Translations under genes and position numbers: made by a program
Notes under the pieces: model-generated
What the model was told of the DNA's origin: nothing
The model's input: the letters and a program-made list of their open reading frames with translations, nothing else
Databases searched by the model: none
IMG/VR virus record: IMGVR_UViG_3300025723_000084
Coordinates: 1 to 39,599 of that record
DNA length: 39,599 nucleotides
Direction: 5' to 3' (one strand)
Source of the DNA: a virus
Lineage: Duplodnaviria > Caudoviricetes
Shown here: piece after piece, positions 18,624 through 28,578 of the stretch
Numbering within the stretch: the first letter of the stretch is position 1
Layout of the letters: each line of letters begins with the position of its first letter

Positions 18624-20017
18624 TGCATATTCTAGTACTCATGTCAGGTGGATTTCACCCATTTCACCCCGGACACTTAGCATTGTATCAAAGTGCCAAA
18701 AAAGCATTTCCAAATGCTGATGTGGTTGTGGGTGCGACAAATGTACAAAAAGATCGCCCATTTAGCTTCAAAGACAAAGCAACATTAGCACAAATTGCAG
18801 GAGTTGAGCAAGGACATTTTGTAGAAGTAAAGCGTCAATTTGCAGTTAAAGGCGAACCTAATATTGAATCACGAATCAAAGACCCTGATAATACTGTATT
18901 GATATTGGTTCGTAGTATGAAAGATAGTAAAGAACAACCCCAACCATGGAGAGCTAATCCAGACGGTAGTATGCCAGTTGGTAAAAAGGGGCAACCATTG
19001 AGTAATTATCTATTACCATATGATAATACACAAGGTCATTTAGAGCCAATGACTAAACATGCATATATTGATTATCTACCTGTTCGTGAGTTTGGTGATG
19101 AAATGACAAGTGCAACACAGATTCGTAATACATGGCCTAAACTTAACAATAAACAAAAACAAGATATGGCTATGAGTTTATATCCAGCAACCAAAGGTAA
19201 TGCCAAATTACTTAAAACAGTAGTTACCATATTGAATAAAAATTTAAGCAATACTGAAGTTACTGTACCCACGAAGACTTCTGCTATGAGTAAATTAAAG
19301 AACAATCCATTAAAAGAAAACGTAGTATCACTTATAAAAAATGCTAGACCATTGATGAAAGAAGCATCATTAGAACAAAAGTTTCGTTTTATGAAATTAT
19401 TAAAAGAATCAATTAGAGAATTAGGTGATGTATCAAGTAAAGAATATCTTAATGGAAAACAAAGAGCAAATTTATTAATGAAATTATTAGATACGGGCAA
19501 GTATGATCTAAGTGAGTTAGAATTATTATCTAGTGACGAATTAGTAAATTTATATAGACAAGAGTTTACACAAGAATTAGATGAAATCAACTTCTTCCAT
19601 GCAAGTAAGCCAACTCAAACTCCATCCACTACCAACCCAACTACTCCTCCTTCTGCTGTAGATGATTATCATGCACTATTCAAAAATCCTAATAATCCAT
19701 TGAATAATATACCAAAAGAAAAGGTATACCACAGTTGGGAAGAGTTTGAAAAAGAAAAAAATAAATTAGGTGATTTAGAAGAGGCAAGAATTCATCAACC
19801 TAAATATATAGATTTGTTCTATGTACATCCTAGAGATAATAGGGTTATAAAAAAACTTGTTATAAATATGCCTTTTCATAGACTAGAAGCTTATGTACAG
19901 TTTTTAAAGGATAAAGGCCTTGATACTAACAATTTAAGATACAGAGCAGGGTCGAAAGAAGAACACCCATATGGTAGAAAAATTAGTGAAAATCCTGATT
20001 ATTTAGAAGAAAAATAA
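18623..20017 (+). CDS. HxGH (cytidylyltransferase-like) nucleotidyltransferase fused to Glu-punctuated C-terminal modules
   Basis: SGGFHPFHPGH near the N-terminus, RPFSF, SATQIR; C-terminal LKE/MKE/LDE/LEE sites. Confidence 0.8.
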   Translation: MHILVLMSGGFHPFHPGHLALYQSAKKAFPNADVVVGATNVQKDRPFSFKDKATLAQIAGVEQGHFVEVKRQFAVKGEPNIESRIKDPDNTVLILVRSMKDSKEQPQPWRANPDGSMPVGKKGQPLSNYLLPYDNTQGHLEPMTKHAYIDYLPVREFGDEMTSATQIRNTWPKLNNKQKQDMAMSLYPATKGNAKLLKTVVTILNKNLSNTEVTVPTKTSAMSKLKNNPLKENVVSLIKNARPLMKEASLEQKFRFMKLLKESIRELGDVSSKEYLNGKQRANLLMKLLDTGKYDLSELELLSSDELVNLYRQEFTQELDEINFFHASKPTQTPSTTNPTTPPSAVDDYHALFKNPNNPLNNIPKEKVYHSWEEFEKEKNKLGDLEEARIHQPKYIDLFYVHPRDNRVIKKLVINMPFHRLEAYVQFLKDKGLDTNNLRYRAGSKEEHPYGRKISENPDYLEEK

Positions 20018-20032
20018 TTCGGGGTACTCCTC

Positions 20033-20053
20033 AGATAGTAAATATTACTATCT
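20033..20053. repeat. Inverted repeat overlapping a late-type promoter motif
   Basis: agatagtaa-ata-ttactatct, containing AGTAAATA (20037-20044). Confidence 0.7.
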
Positions 20054-20068
20054 TAACAAGAGGAAACT

Positions 20069-21025
20069 ATGGCAACAAGAAAACCAAAATCAGAAGAGAA
20101 AACAGTCCCAGTTGAAAAATTGGAAGAGATTGTTGAACAAGCGCAAGCTGAAAATCAAGCATCAACTGATGCTCCCGCAGAAGAACAAAAACCACAAGCT
20201 GGTCAAGTTCAAGTTAACGTAGATTTTCTACGCACAACTAAAGTACACATCGCTATGCCTTGCTATGGTGGTATGTTGACTGAAAGTACTTTCATGTCAT
20301 TTATCAAGTGGGCTAATACTGCTCGTCAATTGAATATTGATTGGACATTGGAAACAATGGTTAATGAGTCACTAATCAGTCGTGCACGTAATACACTAAC
20401 TGCTAAATTCTTAGAGCAAGAAAGCTCAACACACTTATTCTTTGTTGATGCTGACATTGGTTGGGAACCATGGCACTTGTTAGTTCTATTGAACCGTGAT
20501 GTAGATGTTATCGGTGGACTATACCCAATGAAGACTATGCCTATCAAGTGGGTAGTTAACGGATTCGAGGGTGCTGAAGAAGGACCAGATGGATTCCAAG
20601 AAGTTAGTAAAGCTGGTACAGGATTCTTATTGATGAAACGCAATGTATTTGAGAAACTCAAATCACATCCTGCAGTCAAACAATATAAGAATGACATTGG
20701 TTTAGATCCAAAATATGACCAACACTTGAAGACATATTTTGATACTGCGGTTCGTCAGAATCGTTATTATTCAGAAGACTGGACATTCTGTGAAAATTGG
20801 CGTGACATTGGTGGTAAAGTTTATGTTGATAAACGTGTTTTACTACGTCACTCAGGTTCTTATGTATTCTGTATGGAAAATCAAAATCATTTGTTGGAGA
20901 CAATTGGACCTATGTATCTTGCTGAACTTCAAAAGAAACAACAAGAGCAACAAACTGCTAGTGCAACTACTGTACAAACAGAAGCTCCAGCAGAAGCTCC
21001 AGCGAAAAAAGCTCGTAAAAAATAA
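20069..21025 (+). CDS. GT-A fold glycosyltransferase (GT2-like)
   Basis: HIAMPCYGG, ESLISRARN, FFVDADIGW (DxD), GTGFLL..R.VFE, SEDW.FC, H.G; GAGGA SD. Confidence 0.85.
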   Translation: MATRKPKSEEKTVPVEKLEEIVEQAQAENQASTDAPAEEQKPQAGQVQVNVDFLRTTKVHIAMPCYGGMLTESTFMSFIKWANTARQLNIDWTLETMVNESLISRARNTLTAKFLEQESSTHLFFVDADIGWEPWHLLVLLNRDVDVIGGLYPMKTMPIKWVVNGFEGAEEGPDGFQEVSKAGTGFLLMKRNVFEKLKSHPAVKQYKNDIGLDPKYDQHLKTYFDTAVRQNRYYSEDWTFCENWRDIGGKVYVDKRVLLRHSGSYVFCMENQNHLLETIGPMYLAELQKKQQEQQTASATTVQTEAPAEAPAKKARKK

Positions 21026-21047
21026 GTTATATTTAGCTTAACCAATC

Positions 21048-21075
21048 AAAAGGCTGTCAATTGACAGCCTTTTTT
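21048..21075 (+). terminator. Rho-independent terminator, possibly bidirectional
   Basis: Perfect palindrome aaaaggctgtcaa/ttgacagcctttt followed by a T run. Confidence 0.85.
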
Positions 21076-21083
21076 CATAAATA
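21076..21083 (+). promoter_or_regulatory. Putative late promoter CATAAATA
   Basis: Immediately after the terminator and 5 nt before ATG 21089. Confidence 0.7.
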
Positions 21084-21088
21084 CATAT

Positions 21089-22366
21089 ATGCAACTTAAT
21101 GAATTAGATTCCTTTAACCTAAATGATGCAGTACGCTTTCACAATAAACTAAACCCTGCACTTTTTGACGGTGATAAATTAAAACAAACAGTCAGAGATC
21201 AATTATTAGTAATTGCTGAAGATTTTGTGGATCATTTAGGTATAAACAATCTAGATATAGAAGACATTACTATATCTGGAAGCAATGCTGCCTATAGCTA
21301 TACAGATTTTAGTGACATCGATTTACACATCCTAGTAGACATGAATAAGTTCAACGATGATGATGTTTACCGTGAACTTTTTGATGCTAAAAAGACTGTG
21401 TACAATGACACACATGATATCACTATCAATGGATATGAAGTAGAATTGTATGTACAAGACACGAATCAACCAGTCATTAGTTTAGGTGAGTATAGTATAT
21501 TACATAATAGTTGGATTAAACTACCAAGAAAGCGTAGAGCGCATATAGACCAAATTGCAACTAAACTCAAATATCAAAAACTTTATAAATTAGGTAACTA
21601 CGCATATAAAACTAACAATATAGACAAGATTAAAAACGTACTAAAAACAATAAAAAAATATCGTCAAGCTGGATTAGATATGAACGGTGAGTTTGGCCCT
21701 GAAAATTTAGCATTTAAGATTATGCGTAAAAAGGGTTATATTAAAAAGTTATATGACAAATTACAAGAGTTGCATGATAAAAGATTAAGTCTACCTGAAA
21801 GTGTAAATCCTAAAATTTTTAATGATATTATAAATTCACTACCTGTTTTTGGGACAAAACCTGTTCGTATAGGTGATTATATGTTTGATGCCCGTACTTT
21901 CATTGGTGGATTAGGTGATTCTAATGCTAAAGGTCTACAAATAAGAGCATATGATTCTAAAAAACCTAAGTATCAACGAATGATTGGTTCGGCAGACTTT
22001 ACTGTGAAAACTGACAAAAAGGGAAATAGTTGGTTAGAAAGTGATGACACTAAAGTTAATGATGAATATCAAGGTAAGGGTGTAGCAACAATGATGTATG
22101 CTTATGCTAAGAGTTTAGGTAATGATATTAAACCAAGTCCATATCAAAGTAATGCAGGTAAACAAATGTGGAGTAAGTGGGGCAGTGATGCTGAACACTT
22201 GATGAAAGAAGCCTCAGGATATATACCAAGTACAAAAGAAAAGAATGATCCAAGATTTAAAACTGCATTAACAGTAGATGTAACACCCTACTCTATACAA
22301 GATAATGCTAGAAAATTGGGTAGTAAAATTAGTCGTGATGGTACACCACCGTTATTAAGAGCATAA
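21089..22366 (+). CDS. Pol-beta-superfamily nucleotidyltransferase plus GNAT acetyltransferase multi-module protein
   Basis: GSNAAYSY...SDIDLH and ELYVQD (GS/DxD/D); EYQGKGVATMMY (GNAT motif A); short C-terminal module after LMKE. Confidence 0.8.
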   Translation: MQLNELDSFNLNDAVRFHNKLNPALFDGDKLKQTVRDQLLVIAEDFVDHLGINNLDIEDITISGSNAAYSYTDFSDIDLHILVDMNKFNDDDVYRELFDAKKTVYNDTHDITINGYEVELYVQDTNQPVISLGEYSILHNSWIKLPRKRRAHIDQIATKLKYQKLYKLGNYAYKTNNIDKIKNVLKTIKKYRQAGLDMNGEFGPENLAFKIMRKKGYIKKLYDKLQELHDKRLSLPESVNPKIFNDIINSLPVFGTKPVRIGDYMFDARTFIGGLGDSNAKGLQIRAYDSKKPKYQRMIGSADFTVKTDKKGNSWLESDDTKVNDEYQGKGVATMMYAYAKSLGNDIKPSPYQSNAGKQMWSKWGSDAEHLMKEASGYIPSTKEKNDPRFKTALTVDVTPYSIQDNARKLGSKISRDGTPPLLRA

Positions 22367-22386
22367 GAAGAATAAGGAAAGTACAA

Positions 22387-23901
22387 ATGGCAATAACTAC
22401 CCCTCAAATAGTAGACACCAATTTAGATCCAGCGTTACACCGTCAATCTAAATTAGGTAGCGAGGGTGTGCCTAGTCTAGATAGTATTCAATCATTTCAA
22501 ACGACTGCATCACATCCATCAACACTTAATTTTACTACCAATAATTCAAATTCATCAATAAATTCAACAACAAATAATACTTATGTATATATAGAAAATA
22601 TTATACCTCCTATAGGTTCAAATAATAGTATAGAATTTGTTTCCAATGGTGCCTTGGCTGGATCAAATTCATTTACATTTGATTCAACATCTAATACTTT
22701 ACATGTGTCAGGAAATTTAATAGTTAACGGTCATTCTAATTTAGGTGATCTGTCTTCTGTTACTATTTTAGGGGGCGGGTATAATAGCGTATTAGTTACT
22801 GATGGAAATGGTAATTTAACCTGGGGAGGTGTATCCTTTGCACAACAACCAGCAGATTGGAATGCAGTAAGTGGATCTGCTCAAATAATAAATAAACCTA
22901 TAATACCCAATAGAGTAAGTCAATTATTAAATGATAGTGGATTTGTAACTTCAGCGTCACTGACTTATGCAAACTTATCTGGTACTCCGTCGCTAACAAA
23001 TTATGCTACCAATGCTAATGTATCTAATCTAGCAAATCAGTTAGCAAACATTGCATGGGCTAATTTAGTTGGTGCACCCAATATTGCAAATTATATAACA
23101 ACTTCTAATGTATCTAATTTAATAGCAAATGTTACATGGGCTAATCTGAGTGGTAAACCCACATTATCTACCGTAGCAACTACCGGAAGTTATACAGATT
23201 TAATAAACATACCAAACACATTTGATGGTAATTATGCTAATTTAACAGATAAACCAGACTTAACTATATATGCAACATCATCTAATGTAACAAATGCTAT
23301 AGCAAATGTTACATGGGCTAATCTAAGCGGTAAACCAAGCCTAGCAACAGTAGCGACTAGCGGTAGTTATAATGACTTAACTAACCAGCCAACTATACCA
23401 ACAAGTATAGAAACATTAAGTGATACATCAATTAATCCACCCTCAAATCCTAGATATAACAATCAAGTGTTACTGTATAATGGATTTGTTTGGGTAAATT
23501 CATTTGTAAATGCTGCAAATGTAATTGGTTTAGCTACAGTAGCAACTACCGGTAAGTATAGTGATTTGTCTGGGTCTCCTACAAATTTAAGTCAATTTGT
23601 AAACGATTTACCTCATGAGCCAAAATTTGAATTCAATAATAGTGATTTTAATGCATTGAGCGGGCACCGTTATGGTATTGATACAACTACAGGAACTGTA
23701 TCTGCTACATTACCATTGACGCCTGCATTAGGCGATGCTATATTTTTTACCGATTTTGGCGGAGCCTATTCAACTAATAATTTTATCATTATTAGAAACA
23801 GTAATACTATAATGAATCAAACAAGTGATATGACAGTTAGTATAGATGGACAAAGCTTTGGTCTTGTTTGGACAGGATCAACATGGCGTGTGTACTCATA
23901 A
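22387..23901 (+). CDS. Tail fibre/tail-associated protein with phage tail repeats
   Basis: Repeats WANLSGKP and LATVAT.G.Y.DL; C-terminal DTT.GTV..TLP..PALGD...D..G...TNN..I.RN domain. Confidence 0.8.
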   Translation: MAITTPQIVDTNLDPALHRQSKLGSEGVPSLDSIQSFQTTASHPSTLNFTTNNSNSSINSTTNNTYVYIENIIPPIGSNNSIEFVSNGALAGSNSFTFDSTSNTLHVSGNLIVNGHSNLGDLSSVTILGGGYNSVLVTDGNGNLTWGGVSFAQQPADWNAVSGSAQIINKPIIPNRVSQLLNDSGFVTSASLTYANLSGTPSLTNYATNANVSNLANQLANIAWANLVGAPNIANYITTSNVSNLIANVTWANLSGKPTLSTVATTGSYTDLINIPNTFDGNYANLTDKPDLTIYATSSNVTNAIANVTWANLSGKPSLATVATSGSYNDLTNQPTIPTSIETLSDTSINPPSNPRYNNQVLLYNGFVWVNSFVNAANVIGLATVATTGKYSDLSGSPTNLSQFVNDLPHEPKFEFNNSDFNALSGHRYGIDTTTGTVSATLPLTPALGDAIFFTDFGGAYSTNNFIIIRNSNTIMNQTSDMTVSIDGQSFGLVWTGSTWRVYS

Positions 23902-23916
23902 TAGAATAAATACGAT

Positions 23917-24681
23917 ATGGATTTATCAACATTTTTACAAACTATATCAGCAAATAGTAATATTACTATTCAAGGTATAACTGTTTCAGGAACTGAAACA
24001 GTAGTAAACACCACTGATCTATTAGTAGAAAATAATAAGGTTGTATTGAATAGTACTGCAACAGGTACTCCTATACTCAATGCTAGTCTAGTAGTTAATA
24101 GAGGTTCTAGTGCTAATACTTCTATAGTATGGAATGAAAATTTACAAAAATGGCAACAAACACGTGATGGGTCTTTTTTTGTAGATTTACCATTCGATAC
24201 AAGTGAATTGCGTGAAAGTTCAACTAATTTATACTTCACAACTGCAAGAGCGAATTCGGCAATGTCTGCATTTACTGGTAATTTAAGTGCTGGAAATGCA
24301 TCTTTGGGTAATACTGTTAGTGCTAATTACTTAGTAGGAAATGTTGCATATAACAATCTTACTGGTGTACCAATACTTAAAGTACCATTCAACTACAATG
24401 ATGCAAGTCCTTCATTGGTTGGTATTATTCCAGCAAACGCAGTAGTATCTAAAATAGAAATAATAATTACTACGGCATTTAATAATAGTAGTACATTTAT
24501 AACATTAGGTACAATAACACATCCTGTAGAATTAGTTGATACTACAGACAGTAATCTTAATAGTGTAGGAATTTATACTACACTACCAGGGATAACATAC
24601 ATGTCTGATACACATGTATTATTAACATTAAACTCAAGTAGCAGTACTGCCGGTAGTGGTATGCTCAATATATATTATTAA
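23917..24681 (+). CDS. Putative tail-fibre-associated structural protein
   Basis: AATAAATA 4 nt upstream; VNRGSSAN.SIVWNE, E.STNLYFT.ARA; C-terminal IPANAVV..I.I....AFN...G....IYY beta-sandwich. Confidence 0.7.
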   Translation: MDLSTFLQTISANSNITIQGITVSGTETVVNTTDLLVENNKVVLNSTATGTPILNASLVVNRGSSANTSIVWNENLQKWQQTRDGSFFVDLPFDTSELRESSTNLYFTTARANSAMSAFTGNLSAGNASLGNTVSANYLVGNVAYNNLTGVPILKVPFNYNDASPSLVGIIPANAVVSKIEIIITTAFNNSSTFITLGTITHPVELVDTTDSNLNSVGIYTTLPGITYMSDTHVLLTLNSSSSTAGSGMLNIYY

Positions 24682-24690
24682 GGAGATAAC

Positions 24691-26637
24691 ATGAGTTCAT
24701 GGATTAAAATTAAAGGTACGCAAACCGGTTCATTTCAACTTGGGTTGACAGGTCCTGCACTAAACAACGTCAATGGTAATTTAGAAATAAAGAATAGTGG
24801 AAATACTACATATGTAGATATTACTTCAGCCAATATTACTAGTAACGGTGGTGTATTCAGTGGTAACGCTGCAGGATTAATTAACATTCCTGGGGCTAAT
24901 GTATCTGGTCAGGTAGGTAATGCAACAGTAGCTGGTACAGTTTATACCAATGCTCAACCAAATATCACTTCAGTTGGTACATTAGCTAATTTAACAGTTA
25001 CTGCTAATATTACAAGTGGAAATGCTAACTTAGGTAATTTAGTAGGTGCAAATTACTTTGCGGGTGTATTGACAACTGCAAGTCAACCGAATGTTACAAG
25101 TATTGGTACATTAGCAAATTTAGCAGTTAATGGAATGTCAAACTTAGCCAATGTTACATTTAATGGTGTAGTTACTGGTAACATCATACCCTCTGCCAAT
25201 GTTACATATAGTCTAGGTAACGCAACTAATCGTTTTAAAGATTTATGGATAAGCGGTAGTACTATTCAATTAGGTAATAGTAATATTAGTGCTAGTGGAA
25301 ATGGATTAGCATTACCTAGTGCTAATGTAACCAACGATTTAAATGTAGGCGGAAATGCAGTAATCAGTGGTAATTTGACAGTTAGCGGAACAATGACGTA
25401 TGTTAATACAACCAATACATCACTTACTGATCCTATTATTGAATTAGGCGGCGGTGCAAATGGTGCTGCGTTGACAAACAGTGATGGTTTAGATCGCGGT
25501 GCATTACTACATTATCATAATGGTAATATACCAGTAGATGCATTCATGGGTTGGAAAGCTGCTAATTCAGAATTTACATTTGCAAGCAGTGCTAATGTTT
25601 CTAACAATGTTGCCTCAATTAGTATTTTAGGTAACATTCGTGCCGGTGTTGTTATTGCTAATCTAAGCGGCAACGCAACTACATCTGGTACTGTAGTAAC
25701 TAATGCACAACCAAATATAACTTCAGTAGGTACACTAGCAAGTTTAACAGTAACTGCAAATATTACAGGCGGCAATGCTAGTTTAGGTAATCTTGTTACA
25801 AGTAATTATTTTGCAGGTGTATTGACAACAGGAGCTCAGCCTAATATTACCAGCATAGGTACTTTAGGCAATATAAGTGTAACTAGTACTGCTAATATAG
25901 GAACACTCGCAGTAACTGGTTCAGCTAATTTAGGATCAGTTGGTAATTTAATAATTACAGGTGGTTCAACAGGTCAAGTATTGACATTTGGTGCTAATGG
26001 ATTGAGCTGGACAACTATTTCTAGTACATATGGCAATAGTAATGTTGCAAGTTATTTACCTACATATAGTGGAAATATTAGTGCTAGTTATTTTATTGGT
26101 TCAGGTAATAATTTAAGTAATATACAAGGTGCTAATGTTACGGGTAATGTGGGTAATGCATTAAATGCTTACTCAGTTGCAGTTGCTAATGTAACCGGTA
26201 TTGGTAATATAGCTACTATCAATAAAGACGGAAATGCAAGCAATATTTTATACGGTAACGGTGTATTCGCAGCCGCACCCAATAGCAGTGGTGGAGTAAC
26301 TGATTATTGGAGAGCGACAACTAAATCATTTGTTTACAATAGTTCAAGTACAATTACAGTAATGACATTACCAGCCGGAGCAACAGTAGATAGAGTAACA
26401 GTCATTGTTGACTCTGCATTTAATGGTAATACTCCAAGTGCAACAGTTGGATTGTCAACTGGTACAGGATTAGAATATGTTGGCACCGGTGATATTGATC
26501 TAAAAACTGCTGATCGTTATGATTTACCATGTCAGTTGTATCCTGCTAATATAGCAAATGTTGTGATCAATTATACTGCAAGTAATTCTAGTGCAGGATC
26601 TGCTAGAGTAATTATTACATACGCAGTTACAAGTTAA
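24691..26637 (+). CDS. Tail fibre-like protein
   Basis: AQPNITSVGTL repeats, IIP.ANVTYSLG....F.DLW and DPIIELG motifs; AAGGAG SD. Confidence 0.8.
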   Translation: MSSWIKIKGTQTGSFQLGLTGPALNNVNGNLEIKNSGNTTYVDITSANITSNGGVFSGNAAGLINIPGANVSGQVGNATVAGTVYTNAQPNITSVGTLANLTVTANITSGNANLGNLVGANYFAGVLTTASQPNVTSIGTLANLAVNGMSNLANVTFNGVVTGNIIPSANVTYSLGNATNRFKDLWISGSTIQLGNSNISASGNGLALPSANVTNDLNVGGNAVISGNLTVSGTMTYVNTTNTSLTDPIIELGGGANGAALTNSDGLDRGALLHYHNGNIPVDAFMGWKAANSEFTFASSANVSNNVASISILGNIRAGVVIANLSGNATTSGTVVTNAQPNITSVGTLASLTVTANITGGNASLGNLVTSNYFAGVLTTGAQPNITSIGTLGNISVTSTANIGTLAVTGSANLGSVGNLIITGGSTGQVLTFGANGLSWTTISSTYGNSNVASYLPTYSGNISASYFIGSGNNLSNIQGANVTGNVGNALNAYSVAVANVTGIGNIATINKDGNASNILYGNGVFAAAPNSSGGVTDYWRATTKSFVYNSSSTITVMTLPAGATVDRVTVIVDSAFNGNTPSATVGLSTGTGLEYVGTGDIDLKTADRYDLPCQLYPANIANVVINYTASNSSAGSARVIITYAVTS

Positions 26638-26655
26638 TTAAATATGTAATATCGT

Positions 26656-26690
26656 GAACAGCCTATTAGCCGTAGGCTGTTTGTTCTTTT
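26656..26690 (+). terminator. Putative Rho-independent terminator
   Basis: gaacagccta, 7-nt loop, taggctgttt, followed by gttctttt. Confidence 0.7.
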
Positions 26691-26702
26691 AAGGATGCGA
26701 AC

Positions 26703-28508
26703 ATGGCAAATAGAATAAAAATTTCAGGCACAACAGCCAATAGCTTTACTGTTGGAATAAATGGCATAGGTAATTTAACTGCTAATAATATATCTATAAC
26801 CAATGCAAATATAAGTAATACAATTACTGCAACTTACTTTGTTGGTGATGGAAGTAGACTGACCGGTATTTCTGGTGGCAATGGTAATTCAACATATAGC
26901 AACACCAATGTTGTTAATTATTATGCAAATAATACATTAACTTCTGCTAATGCAAATTTAGGTAACGCTGCCACTGCGAACTTTTTTATAGGTAATGGTA
27001 GTTTATTAACAAGCATTACCGGTGCTAACATTACCGGTTGGGTACCAAATGCAAATAATGCAAATTATTTAGGTGGAGTTGCTGCTGCCAATTATTTACA
27101 AACAACTGGCACTGGCTCTTCTCTAACTGCTATCAACGGTGCTAACGTTACAGGTAATGTAGCTCATGCAACCAGTGCATATTCTGTTGCAGTTGCTAAT
27201 GTGTCTGGTATAGGTAATATTGCAACTATTAATAAAGACGGTAATAGTAGCAATATATTATATGGTAATGGTGTATTTGCCGCGGCGCCGAGCGGAGGTG
27301 GTTCATATGGTAACTCAAATGTAGCTAGTTATTACGCAAGTAATCAAATAATTGCTGCTAATGCGTCTTTAGGTAATACTGTAGTGGCTAATTATTTTGT
27401 GGGTAATGGCAATCAGTTAACTGGAATCAATGGATCGAACGTAACCAATACAGTACCAAGTGCAAATACTGCAAATATTGCAAACGTTGCATACTCTGTA
27501 TCCTCAGCAAATGTAGGTGGATTGGGTAATATTGCATCTATTAATCTTTGGAGTGTTACTAACACAGCTAATATTGTAGTATTATTTGGAAATGGTCAAT
27601 TTAGCCAAGCTCCTGGTACATATTATGGGTACAGTGGTAGTTTATATGCAAACAACGCCTTTTTAGGAAACGGGGTTTATGGTAATTATTTTTCAGGTGA
27701 TGGCGGTAATTTAAGTAACATTAATGGATCAAATGTAAGCAATACAGTACCAAATGCAAATATCGCAAATGTTGCTTACTATGTATCCTCAGCAAATGTA
27801 GGTGGATTGGGTAATATTGCATCTATTAATCTTTGGAGTAATCCTAGTACAGCCAATAACGTAGTACTATTTGGAAATGGACAATTTAGTTTAGCCCCTG
27901 CTACATATTATGGATATAGTTCAACTTTATATGCAGGTAATGTTTTCTTTGGTAATACAGTTAATGGTAATTACTTTGTAGGTAATGGCAGTCAATTAAC
28001 CAGTATTACTGGTGCAAATGTGTCTGGTCAAGTACCTAATGCAACAGTAGCTGGTACAGTTTATACCAATACTCAACCAAATATCACTTCAGTTGGTACA
28101 TTAATTAGTTTATCAGTCACTGGAAATATGTCCGGTGGCAATGCAAGTGTTACTGGTACAGTCAATGCAGGAAATGTAGTAGTAACAAATGGCATTCGTA
28201 AAGGTGCAAGAACTATTTCATCAGCTACTACATTATCTGCAACCGATGCAGGTGGATTTATTGAACTTATTTCTTATGGTAATACATATACTGTTACATT
28301 ACCAGATCCAACTGCTGGATCAGGAACTTTTTATAAGTTTTGGCAAAATACAAGTACAAGCATCACTCTTGCTACCTCAGCTGGTACTTTTGCAGGCCCT
28401 GCAGGCGGCGGCTCTACTACTAAAACGTTAGCACAAGCTACTACCCCTTACTGGGATGTATGCAGTGATGGTACTAATTGGATAGTATTTGCAATCAAAA
28501 TGGCATAA
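26703..28508 (+). CDS. Tail fibre-like protein with internal duplication
   Basis: YF.G.GS.LT.I.G.NV repeats; C-terminal TVTLP.P...G..Y.F...SDGTNW domain. Confidence 0.8.
   Translation: MANRIKISGTTANSFTVGINGIGNLTANNISITNANISNTITATYFVGDGSRLTGISGGNGNSTYSNTNVVNYYANNTLTSANANLGNAATANFFIGNGSLLTSITGANITGWVPNANNANYLGGVAAANYLQTTGTGSSLTAINGANVTGNVAHATSAYSVAVANVSGIGNIATINKDGNSSNILYGNGVFAAAPSGGGSYGNSNVASYYASNQIIAANASLGNTVVANYFVGNGNQLTGINGSNVTNTVPSANTANIANVAYSVSSANVGGLGNIASINLWSVTNTANIVVLFGNGQFSQAPGTYYGYSGSLYANNAFLGNGVYGNYFSGDGGNLSNINGSNVSNTVPNANIANVAYYVSSANVGGLGNIASINLWSNPSTANNVVLFGNGQFSLAPATYYGYSSTLYAGNVFFGNTVNGNYFVGNGSQLTSITGANVSGQVPNATVAGTVYTNTQPNITSVGTLISLSVTGNMSGGNASVTGTVNAGNVVVTNGIRKGARTISSATTLSATDAGGFIELISYGNTYTVTLPDPTAGSGTFYKFWQNTSTSITLATSAGTFAGPAGGGSTTKTLAQATTPYWDVCSDGTNWIVFAIKMA
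27497..27839 (+). repeat. Identical 58-bp direct repeat within a 285-bp duplication
   Basis: 27497-27554 is identical to 27782-27839 (VSSANVGGLGNIASINLWS). Confidence 0.9.
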
Positions 28509-28549
28509 AAACACCATATACACTGGTTATTAACAACAATCAGTTTTTA

Positions 28550-28557
28550 GATAAATA
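28550..28557 (+). promoter_or_regulatory. Putative late promoter GATAAATA
   Basis: Upstream of 28579. Confidence 0.65.
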
Positions 28558-28578
28558 TAAGATATACGGAATTTAACT

